Below, one piece after another: positions 21,001 through 33,964 of a stretch of DNA of 64,000 nt. Numbering within the stretch: position 1 is the first letter of the stretch; each line of letters opens with the position of its first letter. A program made the translations under genes and the position numbers. The notes under the pieces were generated by a model. It ran no database searches and had not been told where the DNA came from. It saw only the letters and a program-made list of their open reading frames with translations. The DNA comes from Dictyostelium discoideum (lineage: Eukaryota): the NCBI GenBank assembly GCA_000004695.1, contig CM000152.2, positions 1,568,001 to 1,632,000 of the forward strand. The letters are read 5' to 3'.

Positions 21001-24000
21001 AAGAACTTTTTCTTAAATTATTGTCATATTCAAAAACATAGAAAAAGATTATCATTCCTTCAATTAAAAAATATTTGTTCAATTAATAATCAAGATGATG
21101 ATGGTAATAATAATAATCAAGACAATTGTAAATTTTCAAATGAAACAATTAATCATATTATTTTACCACTTTCAATTCAAGCTATTTTAGAAACATCAAT
21201 AAAAGATCATGGTAGTGCTGTACTTGGTGAGGTTGTTAAATCTTTAGGTGTATTAGCAAAATCATTAGATTGGAAATGTTATTATCAAGTTTTAAAGAAA
21301 TTAATTAAAACAATGGATGAACATCCAAATAGATTTAAATTCTTTGTTAAATCAGTTTGTGAAGTAATTGATGAATTCCATTTCTTTATTAATGAAACTG
21401 ATGTTAGAAATGAATTATTAACTGGTTCTGAAATTAAAGATGATAAAATTAATAATAAAGATGAAAATAATAAAGAACAAGCAGAAGAAGAAGAAGATGA
21501 TGAAGATGATGATGATAATGAAGAAGATGAAGAAATGGGTGAAGAAGAAAAAGAATTAAGAGAAATTGAAAATGATCAAAATAATTTAGTAACTGAATAT
21601 AATGAATTTGATCAAGAAGAGAATGGTGTATTAAAAGTTTCAAAAACTAAAGCACAATCAATATTAAAGATTAGAAAGAAGAAAGTTATTGGTAGTACAA
21701 TTGTAAAGACTAAAAATATTTCTGAAGAGATTTTCCAAGCGATTACAACGGTTTTAACACCACAATTAAAGAAACATCTTGTTGAAGTTAAAGTTGTAAC
21801 AAGCTCAAAGATGGATACTGGTAGTGCAGCTCAAGCAGAGAAACAAAAGAATGAAGGTTTAGTTAATTTATCGATTGCATTGGCAATATTAAAACTTTAT
21901 AAACTTTTACCAGAGAAAACATCCTCTCAATTGTATCCAAATATCATTGGTAAACTTTGTATTGGTTTAAAGAGTAAGGAATACTCAGTTAGAGATACAA
22001 CTAGATCAACACTTTTGCAAGTGATGGAAACATTAGGCTACAGATTCTTCCCATACATTCTTAAAGATTTAAGAAATATTTTAAAGAATGGTTATCAAAA
22101 GCATATCCTTGCCTATACATTACATGCTCTATTGAATACACTTTCAAAGAGTATCGAAGTCGGTGTATTGGATAGTCAAATATCATTATTGATGGACATT
22201 ATCATTGAAGATCTCTTTGGTGAACCATCGGTTCAACGTGAGATTAAACAAGTTCAAGATACTTATCCAGAGGCAAAAACTCAACGTTCTTTCGATTCTT
22301 TACGTATCATTGCAACCATCATTCATTTCAGTAATACAAATTTTATGATTAAACCTATAGAAGAGATCATTTCAGTTTCAAATTCACCAAAACTTTTACC
22401 AAATTTACAAGAGATGATTAAAAAGATTGGTAAAGGTCTTAGAGGTAATAAATCTTTAGATTTTAAGAATCTATCGATTTTAACCTATCAATTCATTACC
22501 AAAGGTTTAAGAGAGAAAGAAATCAATCAATTTTCAAATAGAAAAACAATTACTCTTGATACATCGATTGGTGTTGCTCATAAACCAACCTATGAAGAGA
22601 CTTTCTCAATTCAAGCTGATCCATCTAAAAAGAAGAATTCTCGTATTCATCAACAAGAGACTCATTCATTTATTTTCGCTGAATTAGGTTTCTCTCTATT
22701 GATTCATGCAATCAAGAGTCAAAAATCAACTCAACTCGAACAATATCGTTCAATGATTGATCCATTCATCACTTATATCTCCAAATGTTTAGAACATAAA
22801 CAACCACGTGTAGTTTATCTATCATTGAAATGTTTATTAAAAGTTTTCAATATGGATTTACCAAGTGTAAAAGCAAATTCAAAACAATTGACAATTCAAG
22901 TACTAAAGAGACTTCAAATGGATTCTGGTAATGAAAAGATTTCAAATAGTTCCTATGAGATGGCAACTTGCTTCCTTCGTGATGAAAAACAAGAACATGT
23001 CAATGAAGAACAATTGAAAGCAATTCTATCGTTAACTCGTCAACATTTAACAAGTGGTGAACAAAATCTTAATCGTTCACTTACTATGCTTCATGTTTTA
23101 GTCAATAGAAAAGTCTTACTACCTGAAATCTACGATCTAATGGATTTCTGTTGTGCATTGATGATTCGTTCTCATCAACCATCGATTGCAACCATCATTA
23201 GTAATATTTTCATTGACTTTTTATTATTCTATCCAATGGGTGAAACTCGTTTAAAACAACAAATCACTTTTCTCATAAAGAATCTTTCCTATGAATATGA
23301 CCATGGTAGACAAATAGTTTTGAAAACTCTAACTCAAATAGTTGAACGTTTCCCACAAGAAGTTTTGAATCAATATGCTCTAATTATCTACGTTCCATTG
23401 GTTGTACGTTTAACAAGTGATCCATCACCATCTTGTCGTGAAAATGTCGCTCAATTAATTAAACAATTGATTAAAGGTGTCTCTGTTCAAATCGCTTCGA
23501 AAATCTATGATATGACAATGTGTTGGTTTGAAAATGGTTCAAAGAATCTTACAATGGCTAGAACCTCTGCTCAAATCATTGGTATTCAATCCGAATGCTC
23601 TTTGGCAAACTTTGAATCAAAACTTCCAACTATCGTTTCAAAATCATTACCATACATTGAACAATGTTTAACCTCACTTCGTGAAAAAGAACAATCATTC
23701 AATATCATTGATGAAATCTCTGATGATGCTCAAAATTCAACTCAATTACTACCAGGTTGGCAATTATCTTATTCAATCTTTACTTCATTTGAAAAGATTT
23801 TAACAAATTATCCAAACTTTTCAACTTCAACTCATTTATCTCAATTTTGGAAACTTTCAATTGAATTCTTAAATTATCCACATATTTGGGTTAGAACTAG
23901 TTTAACTAGATTATTTAATATTTTCTTTACTCAACATTCAATTTTAAATTTAGTACCAATTATTGATCAATTATCAACAAATAACAATAATAATAATAAT

Positions 24001-24966
24001 AATAATAATAATAAGAAATCAAATTCAATTTCACCAATTTATAATATTATATTTAATTCAAATTCAATATTTGAAATTACTAAAAAACATTGTTCAATTT
24101 TAAATAGTAAATTATTAACTGATGAACTTGGTTTAACAATCATTAAAAATTTAATTTATCTTTCAATGTTATTCTATAAATGTAAAAATATTAAACCACT
24201 ATCAAATAGTAATGATGATATAACTCCAAATATTTTCATTGAAAATATTGATAATAATAATAATGATGATGAAATGAATGTTGATAATCATGAAGAAGAA
24301 GAAGAAAAAGAACAAGAAGAACAACAAGTTGAAAATGATGATGATGATGATGAAGAAAATGATAATGAACAACCAATGGAAGAAGAAGAAGAAGAGAAAG
24401 AACAACAAGTTGAAGAAGATGATGAAGATCAAATTCAAGAAACAACAAATGGAAAGGTTGAACAAGAATCGTCAATGTTATTATGGTTATTTAAGAGATT
24501 ATCATATATGTCAACCAAAGCAGGTTATTTGAGAAGAAAATATATTTTCAGATGGATTGCTGCAGTTTCAACTCAATTAACCGTTCAAGAGTTAATCCCA
24601 TACCTTTCAATTCTATTGATTCCATTAATTAAATGTACTGATGAAAAGATTCGTGTCACTCCTCAAGAAAAGAAATTAGCTCAAGAAGTACTTGATATTT
24701 TAAAGAAAAAGATTGGTCCAAGCAAATTTATGTCTGTCTATCAATCAATCGTTAAAGCAACTAATGAAATGAGAGAAAAGAGAAGAGCTGACAGAAAGAT
24801 TGAAGCCATTGCCAATCCAAAGGAATTCTTACAAAAGAAACAAGAAAAGAGACAATTAACTAAAGAAAAGAAGAGAAAATATAAAAGAGAATCACTCAAA
24901 GAATTACTTGATGATAGAAAGAGAATTCGTGTGTCTCAACACTTAATTCATGGTGAAGATGATTAA
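15286..24966 (+). CDS. Small-subunit processome component UTP20 (DRIM)-like giant HEAT-repeat protein, about 3100 aa, 4 exons
   Basis: Exons are 15286-15450 (MPINKNNENSGDN...KVNSFR, donor GTAAGT), 15555-15838, 16008-16199 and 16296-24966 (a single 8.7-kb exon). The N-terminal block FRYQSFSEKISKVDINIF...W.ELNLTQHYNNF parallels the yeast/human UTP20 N-terminus (YRYSSFKARIDDLKIEP...W.EINLS..F..F). Its size, acidic E/D stretches and basic KR-rich C-terminal tail fit UTP20. The intron-exon phases were all checked. Confidence 0.55.
15842..15924. repeat. (AAT)n microsatellite within intron 2 of the UTP20-like gene
   Basis: About 27 AAT units. Confidence 0.9.
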
Positions 24967-25197
24967 AATTAAAATAATTAAAAATAAATAAATAAAAAAA
25001 AAAAAAAAAAATGTTTAACAAAAAAAACAATAAAATAAAAAAAAAAAAACAAGATTTGGAAAAAAAAAAAAAAAAAAATTGGAGTTCTTTGTTAAAAAGT
25101 CTTAAACTTGTTGGGTAATTCCAATTTTTGACTTTAAAAAAAAAAAAATCTTTGTGATAACAAGAAAAAGTTAATATATAAATATATATAAGATAAA

Positions 25198-25286
<89 letters not shown>

Positions 25287-26423
25287 AAAGCCTATTTATA
25301 AAATTAATAATCTTGATCAGTTTAGATTGTGGAAAACTGTATTATGGGCGATGCCAAAGAAATAATTTTTTTTTTTTTTTTTTTTTTTGTTTTGGTTTAA
25401 TTTTAGAAATTGAATAATGGTTTAACATTTTTTTTTTCGGTTTCAAAAAAGCTAATAATTTTTTTCTTTTTTTTTTTTTTTTTTTTTTTTTTCTCCTTTC
25501 TTTTTTTCCTTCGTCTGTTTAATATTAATTTGATTGAAAATACTTAAAAAATTTATAAGGCAAAAAATTAATTCTAATAAAATTACACTACCCACCACAA
25601 CAAAAAAAAAAAAAAAAAATTCAGACAATCACCATAACGAAATGGTGAACTCCAACAATTTTTTTTTTTTACTTTTTTTTTTTTCGAAAAAAAAAAAAAT
25701 AAGAAAATTTTTTTTTTTTTGGTGCTCCACAAACAAGAAACTATAAATTGAATCAGTTGTGTTGTGCATAAATGCAACCTCTCTACAAAACAAATAAAAT
25801 TATAAAAAAATAAAAATAAAAAATAATAAAAAAAAGAAAAAAAAAAAAAAAAAAAACAAAAACCTAGATATTTAAAAATAAAATTCGTAAAGGTTAAATA
25901 GTATATTTATATAAATAAAAAAAAAAAAAAAAAAAAAGTAATATTATAGAAATTATTTTTTATTTTATTTTTCTCATTTCTATTTATATGTATATATATT
26001 ATTATTATTCCTATTCCTATTATTATTATTATTACTATTATTTATTATTGTTATTATTGCTATTATTATTATATTATTATACTTAAAATTATAAACTCTT
26101 TTAATTATCTTTAATGAAATAATAATAATTAGTGGTTTATTTGAAAAATATATTAGGTGTTGGTTTGAAATAAGAGGTTATCAAACATACAACATTCTTT
26201 TTGAAAATAAAAAAAAAAAAACTTCAAATGCCACAACCCATATAAAGGTTAATTACTATTATTATAAAGTGAAAGGTTTATTGATTGTATAAAATTTAAG
26301 AAATCCAAAAGGCAAAAAAAAAAAACAGGTGACCGGGGGTGCTTTTTTTTTTTTTTTTTCTCTTTCTAAACAATTTTTTTTTTTTTTTAAAAAAGCTACT
26401 ATTATCATTTTTATCTTTTTTTC

Positions 26424-26454
<31 letters not shown>

Positions 26455-26507
26455 TGGATAGTAGCGCCTATTTGTGTGGCTTTATCCTGATTTTTTCTTT
26501 TTTTTTT

Positions 26508-26546
<39 letters not shown>

Positions 26547-27017
26547 AAAAATAAAAAATAGCCTTTTCTAAGGCTCCCCTACTGCTCTATTTTATTATAT
26601 TGATAAAAAAATTATGATAACAGTGGCAGAAAATATTAATATTGTCACGTTTTTTTTTTTTATTATTAATTTATTTTTATTTTTTTTTTGTAAATCAACA
26701 CTAAAATTTTTAAACAGTTTAATCAAAACATTCACTTTTCAAAGTATCTTTTCCAACCAATCGATAATAGTGGTTATCGATCTTTAATATTTTCAATAGT
26801 TTCGTGCACCCTAAAAAAAAAAAAAAAAAAAAAACTGTATGTATAACCTTTTTTATATTATTATTTATTTTGTTTTTGTTGATTTTATTTTTAATTTTTT
26901 ATATTTTTATTTATTTTGTTTTTATTTTATTTTTTATTTTCTATTTTTTTTTTTTTTTACTTTATTGTTACCGCCAATGTAATATAAATTTTGCAAATCA
27001 ATTCTATTTTAAAATTA

Positions 27018-27058
<41 letters not shown>

Positions 27059-27488
27059 TGGGGGTTTTTTTCATCAGATTATTTCCTGCAAAGGTTGAAA
27101 AAAATCTATTAAAAAAAAAAAGCTCGTTTTCGTCATATGAACAAGCCAAAAAGGTTAAGCATATAAAAAATTTTAAAAAAAATAATTACTCAGGACCATC
27201 CTACACCTTTGGGATACTTATATAATTATTCTAATTTTATCACTTTTTCATTTTCCATTTTTTTTTTTTTTTTTTATTATCTGTATATTTATTTTTATTT
27301 TTTTTTATTTTGTTTTTTTATTTTTTTGTTCCCTCTTAATTTCTTCTTATATGTTTATTTTTATTTTTTATTTTTATATTATTATTATTTTTTATTTTTA
27401 TTTTTTTTTTTTAGATTAATCATTTTTTTGGTTTTTTTTTTTTTTTTTTAATAATAATTATTAAAAATTATTTATGTGAACCAACTTG

Positions 27489-27526
<38 letters not shown>

Positions 27527-28191
27527 AGGCTTGTGCCCGATTAAATTTAATTAAATTTAATTTAAAAAAATAAAAAAAAAATAATAATCAAAATAATCAT
27601 CAATTTTATTAAAAATAATTATTTTTTATTTTTTAATGTGCAATTTGATTTTTTTTTTTTTTTCATAACCTAAAAGCCCAATACAAATTCAAAATAAAAA
27701 GCTTTGTGTTAAGGTTCTGGGTGCAAGAAAAAATTTTTTTTTTTTTTTTTTTTAGTGGGTTTATAATAATAAACTGTGTTTTAAAATTTGCAGCATTTAT
27801 TTTGACGTATTTGAAAATCCTATTTAAAAAATATCTTTTTTTTCAGAAGTAGCGAATTTTATTTTTTTTAAAATATATTTTTTTTTTTTTCCAATTCATG
27901 AAAAAAAAAAAAAAGTATAAATATCATGTGAACCCTAATAAGATTTTTTTTTTTTTTTTTATTTATTTTGTTTAATTAAAAAAATTTTATAACTTTTTTT
28001 TTTTTCTTTGCCTTTTCTTTCATTTTTTTTTTTATCAATAAATAATAATAAAAATAATAATAATAAAAATAATAAAAAAAAAAAAAAATTAAAAAAAATA
28101 TATTATAAAAAATAATAGATCAATTAATAGAAATATTAAATTAATTTACCATTAATCTGATTCTTGATCAAAAACCCAAATTCACAAATCG

Positions 28192-28224
<33 letters not shown>

Positions 28225-28488
28225 AATTTGTGAACACAAAAAATTTTTTTTTAAAAATAATATATAAAAAAAAATTCAACTTGTATTACTATTGTACTCT
28301 TATTCTTGTATCTATATTTGTAGTTTTTTTTTTTCATATTGTCAAAATATTTATATAAATATATATATATATATACCCAAATAAATAAATAAAAAAAAAA
28401 AAAAAAAATTATAATAATAAATTAATATCTTTTTTGATTAAAATAATTAACTGACCAATTCATAATTGGAATAAAGGATAAACGTCTT

Positions 28489-28644
28489 ATGTCTCTCTTA
28501 AACGCCATCGTTAGCATCATTACACAGCATCTTCCAAAAAAAAAAAAACCATTTAAAAAAGTTACTTGCCTTCTAAAAAAAAAAAGAAATTACATGTTAA
28601 ACATTCCTCTTAGTGCTACCAACCTGATAAAATTAAAAAACAAG
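28489..28644 (+). CDS. Candidate small exon or small ORF (52 codons, ATG to a GTAAGA donor) in an otherwise gene-free 5.6-kb stretch
   Basis: ATG at 28489, MSLLNAIVSIITQHLPKKKKPFKKVTCLLKKKRNYMLNIPLSATNLIKLKNK, then GTAAGA at 28645. Local G+C and C-ending codons (gcc atc agc atc cag) are well above the surrounding intergenic DNA. No downstream exon could be assigned. Confidence 0.25.
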
Positions 28645-29199
28645 GTAAGAATGAACTCTTTTTATTAATTTATTTATTTATTTATCTATTTATTTTTATT
28701 TTTATTTTTATTTTTTTTTTTTGGTTGTTGCTTTTTTAACAAAGTTTAAAAAAAAACAAAACACAAAGAAATCAAAATTTATCTCATTATAATTTCCTCA
28801 CAAAATTTACAACTCTGTTGAAGCTATTGTCTATTTAATTTTTTTTTTTTTTTTTTTTTTTCTTCACAAATATAACAATAACGGATAATCCAAAAATAGA
28901 TAATTGTTTTTTTTTTTTTAATTCATTTTTTTTTTTTTTTAATTCATTTTTTTTTTTTTTTTTTTTATTATTACCCAATAATTTAAATAATAGTAATAGA
29001 TTAAAATGATTTTAGTTCCAACATTCATTATTTTCAGGTAATTGGGCTAAAAAAAAAAAAAAAAAAAAAATTGTAACTCGTAAAACCAAAAGACACTAAA
29101 TTATATATTTTTTTTTTTTTTTCTTTTTTGAGTACATTAATATAAAAAAAAAAAAAAAAATTAAAAAGGTCAAATTGTGACCGATTTGACTTTTAAAAA

Positions 29200-29338
<139 letters not shown>

Positions 29339-30021
29339 TGTAATTAAATCTTTTTTTTATTTATTTATTTTTTATTTTCAATTTGTTTTTTTTTTTTTTT
29401 TTAATTTATTCTGTTTTTATAATCATTTCCAATACAGCAAAAAATAGTAGTGAGTGGAGTTGTTGGTATGACTTAATTTACAAAAAAATCCAGTAAATTT
29501 ACTATTTTTATCGGTTATTATAAAAAAAAAAAATAACAATGATCAATTAATTATTTTTTTCATTTAATTTTTTTATTTTTTAATTTTTATATTTAAACAT
29601 ATTTTTTATTTTTTTTATTTTATTTTTTTTTTGTAGATGAAAAGTGCAAAAAAAAAAATAAAATAATAATAATTTACGAATTAGTGTATAGATTTATTAA
29701 AGTGTTATAACACCATACGTTTTTTTTTTTTTTTATTTGTGCTATTATTTTTATTATCTTCTATCATAGGGTGTTGGTGGTGCATTTTGCCAATTTTTTT
29801 TTTAATTATATTTTTTATTTTTTAAATTATATTTTTATATTTTTTTTTTTAATTTTTTTTTTTTTTTTTTTCTGTGTTTGTTGGTGATTGACAATATACT
29901 GAAGTGCTGCTATGTATGAATATAGCCGACAATATTTTACAAACAAAATAATAATAATAATAATAAAATAACACACAAAAAATATAACAGTACATTTTGT
30001 TAGATCAATAATATATATTTA

Positions 30022-30056
<35 letters not shown>

Positions 30057-30088
30057 AAAAAAAAATAATTATAATAATGTGTTTGTGA

Positions 30089-30134
<46 letters not shown>

Positions 30135-30640
30135 TAAATTTAATTAATTAAATTAAAATATTAATTTCAATAGAATTTTTTATTCAAAATTTTTTTTCCA
30201 TTCATTATTAAATTAATATTCATTTATTTAATTTAATATTGCATATTTATTTATTTATTTATTATTATTATTTATTTATTTTCAATAGTTGTATCAATAG
30301 TAGCAATTTTAAATGTATTTTGGCTAATCACATTTTCTAATTCAAATGTAATTAAATATTATTTTTTTTTTATTTTTTTATTTTTTTTTTTTCTTTTTTG
30401 GGTATTTTTTTTTTTTAGTGCCCAAAAATTTTTTTTTTTCTTTTATTATTTTATTTATTATTGTTTATACACTATGTCATTGTATTGTTATTATTTTATA
30501 ACTCATTTTTCAATTTATTAACTTACTTTTTTTTTTTTTTTTTTTTATTAATAAAAAAAAAGATTTATAAAAAATTTTAATTTAAAAGAAAAAAAAATAG
30601 AAAAAAAAAAAAAAAAAAAAAAAATATAAATAAATTTAAA

Positions 30641-30817
30641 ATGAATCAAACTCTATCAAATGAAAATGACGAAGTTAAAAAATCGTCATCCAATAAAAGA
30701 GAGAGTCCATTTCCACAAGAAGATACCAATAAAAATCATAAAAGAGTAGCATTATACGATGTTACCCACCAACAAAATATTCAACCACAACCATTTGTAA
30801 GTCTTTTTTTTATGAAC

Positions 30818-30851
<34 letters not shown>

Positions 30852-31148
30852 ATAATTAATAAGTTTTTTTTTCTACTTCTAATCACTTCCCAAAGAATGT
30901 AAATAACAACGATTGTCTTGTCAACAATAACTATAATAACAATAATAATAATAATAATAATAATAACTATAATAATAAGAATTTAATGGCAAAACCCATT
31001 CAATCAAATAAAAATAATAGTATTATAACCGCCTCAAACATTCCCAGTACTTTCAACAATACCGCCACTAATAATAGCAATAATAATAATAACAATAATA
31101 ATAATAACAATATTAATAATAACAATAACAACAATATTAATATTATTA

Positions 31149-31233
<85 letters not shown>

Positions 31234-31399
31234 GTTAAAATCACAAACAGTAAATGGAGGTATTAAAACTGAAAACTTACCATCCAAAAATAATAATGAT
31301 AATAATAGTAATAGTGATGATAGTAACAATTCAAATAAAACAAATCAAACTCAACAAGATAATAGTAATAATGAAATAGCACCACCAACTAAACCAAAC

Positions 31400-31474
<75 letters not shown>

Positions 31475-31534
31475 TTAACAGAAAATGAAAACAACGAATT
31501 AAATAATATTAAAAACAATAATAATAATAATAAC

Positions 31535-31600
<66 letters not shown>

Positions 31601-32602
31601 GAAAATAATAGTTTGGAGAAAACATTCCATGCTCATATTCATGCCGATTTTAGTCATGTGCCACATATAGACATTGATGAACAATTTGGGGCATGCCAAA
31701 TTCTATGTGCGGAGTACGCAGAGGAAATATTTGATAATGCGCGTAAGAATCAATGGAAAACACAGCCTACAGACTATATGCAAAATCAAAGTGAATTGAA
31801 GCCAGGTATGAGAGCAATTCTCATTGATTGGATCGTAGATATTGGTTGTGAATTGGGTGTAAAGAACGAAACCATCTATTTATCAATAAATATTTTGGAT
31901 CGTTATCTTTCATTGCAACCAGTCACTAGAAATGAATTCCAAATGATCGGAGCCTGTGCCTTCTTTATCGCGGCAAAGTATGAAGAATACAAGGGTGCTC
32001 AACCACAATTCATCATCCAATCAGCCGGCGAGTTTTTCAATGTTGACCAACTTTTGGAATGTGAATGCAAAATGTTAAAAACTTTAAATTTTTCACTTTG
32101 CACTCCAACCATCAAATTCTTTTTGGGTAGATATTTAATTGCCGTAGGTGATTCAGATATTTCTCATGTTGCTCACGTAAGTTTCCTATTAGAAGAGAAA
32201 AAAAAAAAAAGAAAAAAAAAAAATTGCAATTCCATACTAATTTTTATTTTTATTTATTTATTTTTTTTTTAGTTATTTGGAGAATTATCATTATTAGAGT
32301 ATAATTTGATTAATTATCCACCATCAGTAATTGCAGCAGCATGCGTTTATTTGGCATGTTTAGTTTTACAAAAGCAATGGACCACAACTTTAACCTATTA
32401 TTGCAGAGTTGAAGTTAATGATATTTACTTTCAAAAATGTGTTAGATTCATCTATGATAAATTTCAATCGAATGAATCAGAGACTTATTCTCGTACAATT
32501 AAAAGTAAATATGCTTATGTATTTGATATATTTAACAAGTATAGTTCAAATCAATCCTCAAGTGCTCCATTTTGTAACAAACAACAATTGATCTATAGTT
32601 AG
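30641..32602 (+). CDS. A/B-type (mitotic) cyclin with long poly-Asn insertions, 3 exons
   Basis: Exons are 30641-30796 (MNQTLSNENDEV...IQPQPF, donor GTAAGT), 30896-32176 and 32273-32602. The cyclin box is MRAILIDWIVDIGCELGV...YLSINILDRYLS...IGACAFFIAAKYEE, followed by the second fold LFGELSLLEYNLINYPPSVIAAACVYLA. The N-terminal part contains about 120 residues of near-pure Asn. Confidence 0.8.
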
Positions 32603-33130
32603 ATTAATTTCAACTATATTATCAATTGGATTTATGCCAAATAGTAATTAAGAATAGAATAATTTCATTTTTATATAATATTTACACACTTTTTTTAATC
32701 AAAACAAAAACAAGAAAAAAAAAAAACAAAAAAAAAAAAAAACAAAAAAAAAAAAACAAAACAAGAAAAAAAAAATTAACAAGAGATTAATTTTCTTTTT
32801 ATTAAATAAACTTTTAAATATTATAAACAACCTTTGTTGTTTGTTTATAAATATTTTTTTTTTTTAAAAAAAAAAAAACTATAATTAACAATTTTTAACT
32901 TTCAAAATGTTTAGTTTATTTTTTGAAATTATGAAACTATAGTATTTTTATAAATCTTTTTTTTTTTTTTATTTTAAACGTTTCCTTTCAAAATTTTTAA
33001 AAATTAAAGGATAACCATCACTGAAAATAGTATTAAAAAAATCAATTCCTATAATTTTTTTTCTTTTTTTTTTAATTATATATACATTTATTTACAATAT
33101 TATTATTATTCTTCTTATTATTATGATAGA

Positions 33131-33668
33131 TTATTTAGAAGATGAAGGAGGGGGTAGTTTATAACTTGAATTATAATATTCATCTTCTAATTCTTTTAAC
33201 GATCTTGATAACTCTTCAGATATTAATTTAATTGATTTGTTGGTTCTTTCATTCTCTTTGTGAAAAACTAAATTTTGAATTCTAACTTCTTCAGCCATTG
33301 TTGAAAAATCATTTAAAATTAAATTTTGTTTTAATTCCTCTATAATCTTTAATAATCCTTCACCTGCATTTAACTATATATGTTTTTTTTTTTTTTTAAA
33401 AAAAGAATATTAATACTAATAATATTATTTCATAAACACAGTTATTTTTTAAAATACAAACCATATTAGAAGTTCTTGTTTCCATTTCATAAATTTCACT
33501 TGCATTTTTTAAAGGATCATTCACTTTTGAAATCTTTATAATATTATGATAATTTTCTAACAATTGCATAATTTTTGAATCAATTTGCTTTTGAAAGAAT
33601 TGTTGGTCTCTGAATAAAACTTCACCTCTAGTTTGGGGTGGTAATGAATTATTTCCACCAGTATTCAT
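33131..33668 (-). CDS. Small coiled-coil protein of unknown function (about 149 aa, 2 exons)
   Basis: Exon 1 is 33668-33462 (MNTGGNNSLPPQTRGEVLFRDQQFFQKQIDSK...METRTSNM, donor GTTTGT, phase 0) and exon 2 is 33373-33131 (LNAGEGLLKIIEELKQNLILNDF...KLISEELSRSLKELEDEYYNSSYKLPPPSSSK stop). Only the phase-0 junction is compatible. Heptad-like periodicity is present but no family could be assigned. Confidence 0.55.
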
Positions 33669-33908
33669 TTTATATATTTTGATTGATATGATATTAATGA
33701 AAATAAAAAAAAAAAAAAAAATTTAAAAAAATGAAAAAAAAAAAAAAAGTTGAAAAAAAAAAAAAAAAAAAAAAAAAAGCTGGAAAAAAAAACAGGAAAA
33801 AAAAGTTGAATAAATTGAAAATCATTTCAACCAGCTTCTTGGTAAATTGATTTTTTTTTTATATTTTATTTTATTTTATTTTATTTTTTTTTAATCATTT
33901 TATTTATA

Positions 33909-33962
<54 letters not shown>

Positions 33963-33964
33963 AT

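Noticed and set aside
17088-24532. Antisense or alternative-frame ORFs within the UTP20-like exon (17088-17372, 18284-18598, 19551-19775, 21449-21643, 24202-24532)
   Set aside because: Low-complexity translations of E/D-rich or AT-rich coding sequence on the wrong strand or frame.
28440-28545. Box C/D snoRNA in the GC island (ATGATGC and CTGA motifs)
   Set aside because: The C-like and D-like boxes lie on opposite strands and there is no terminal stem.
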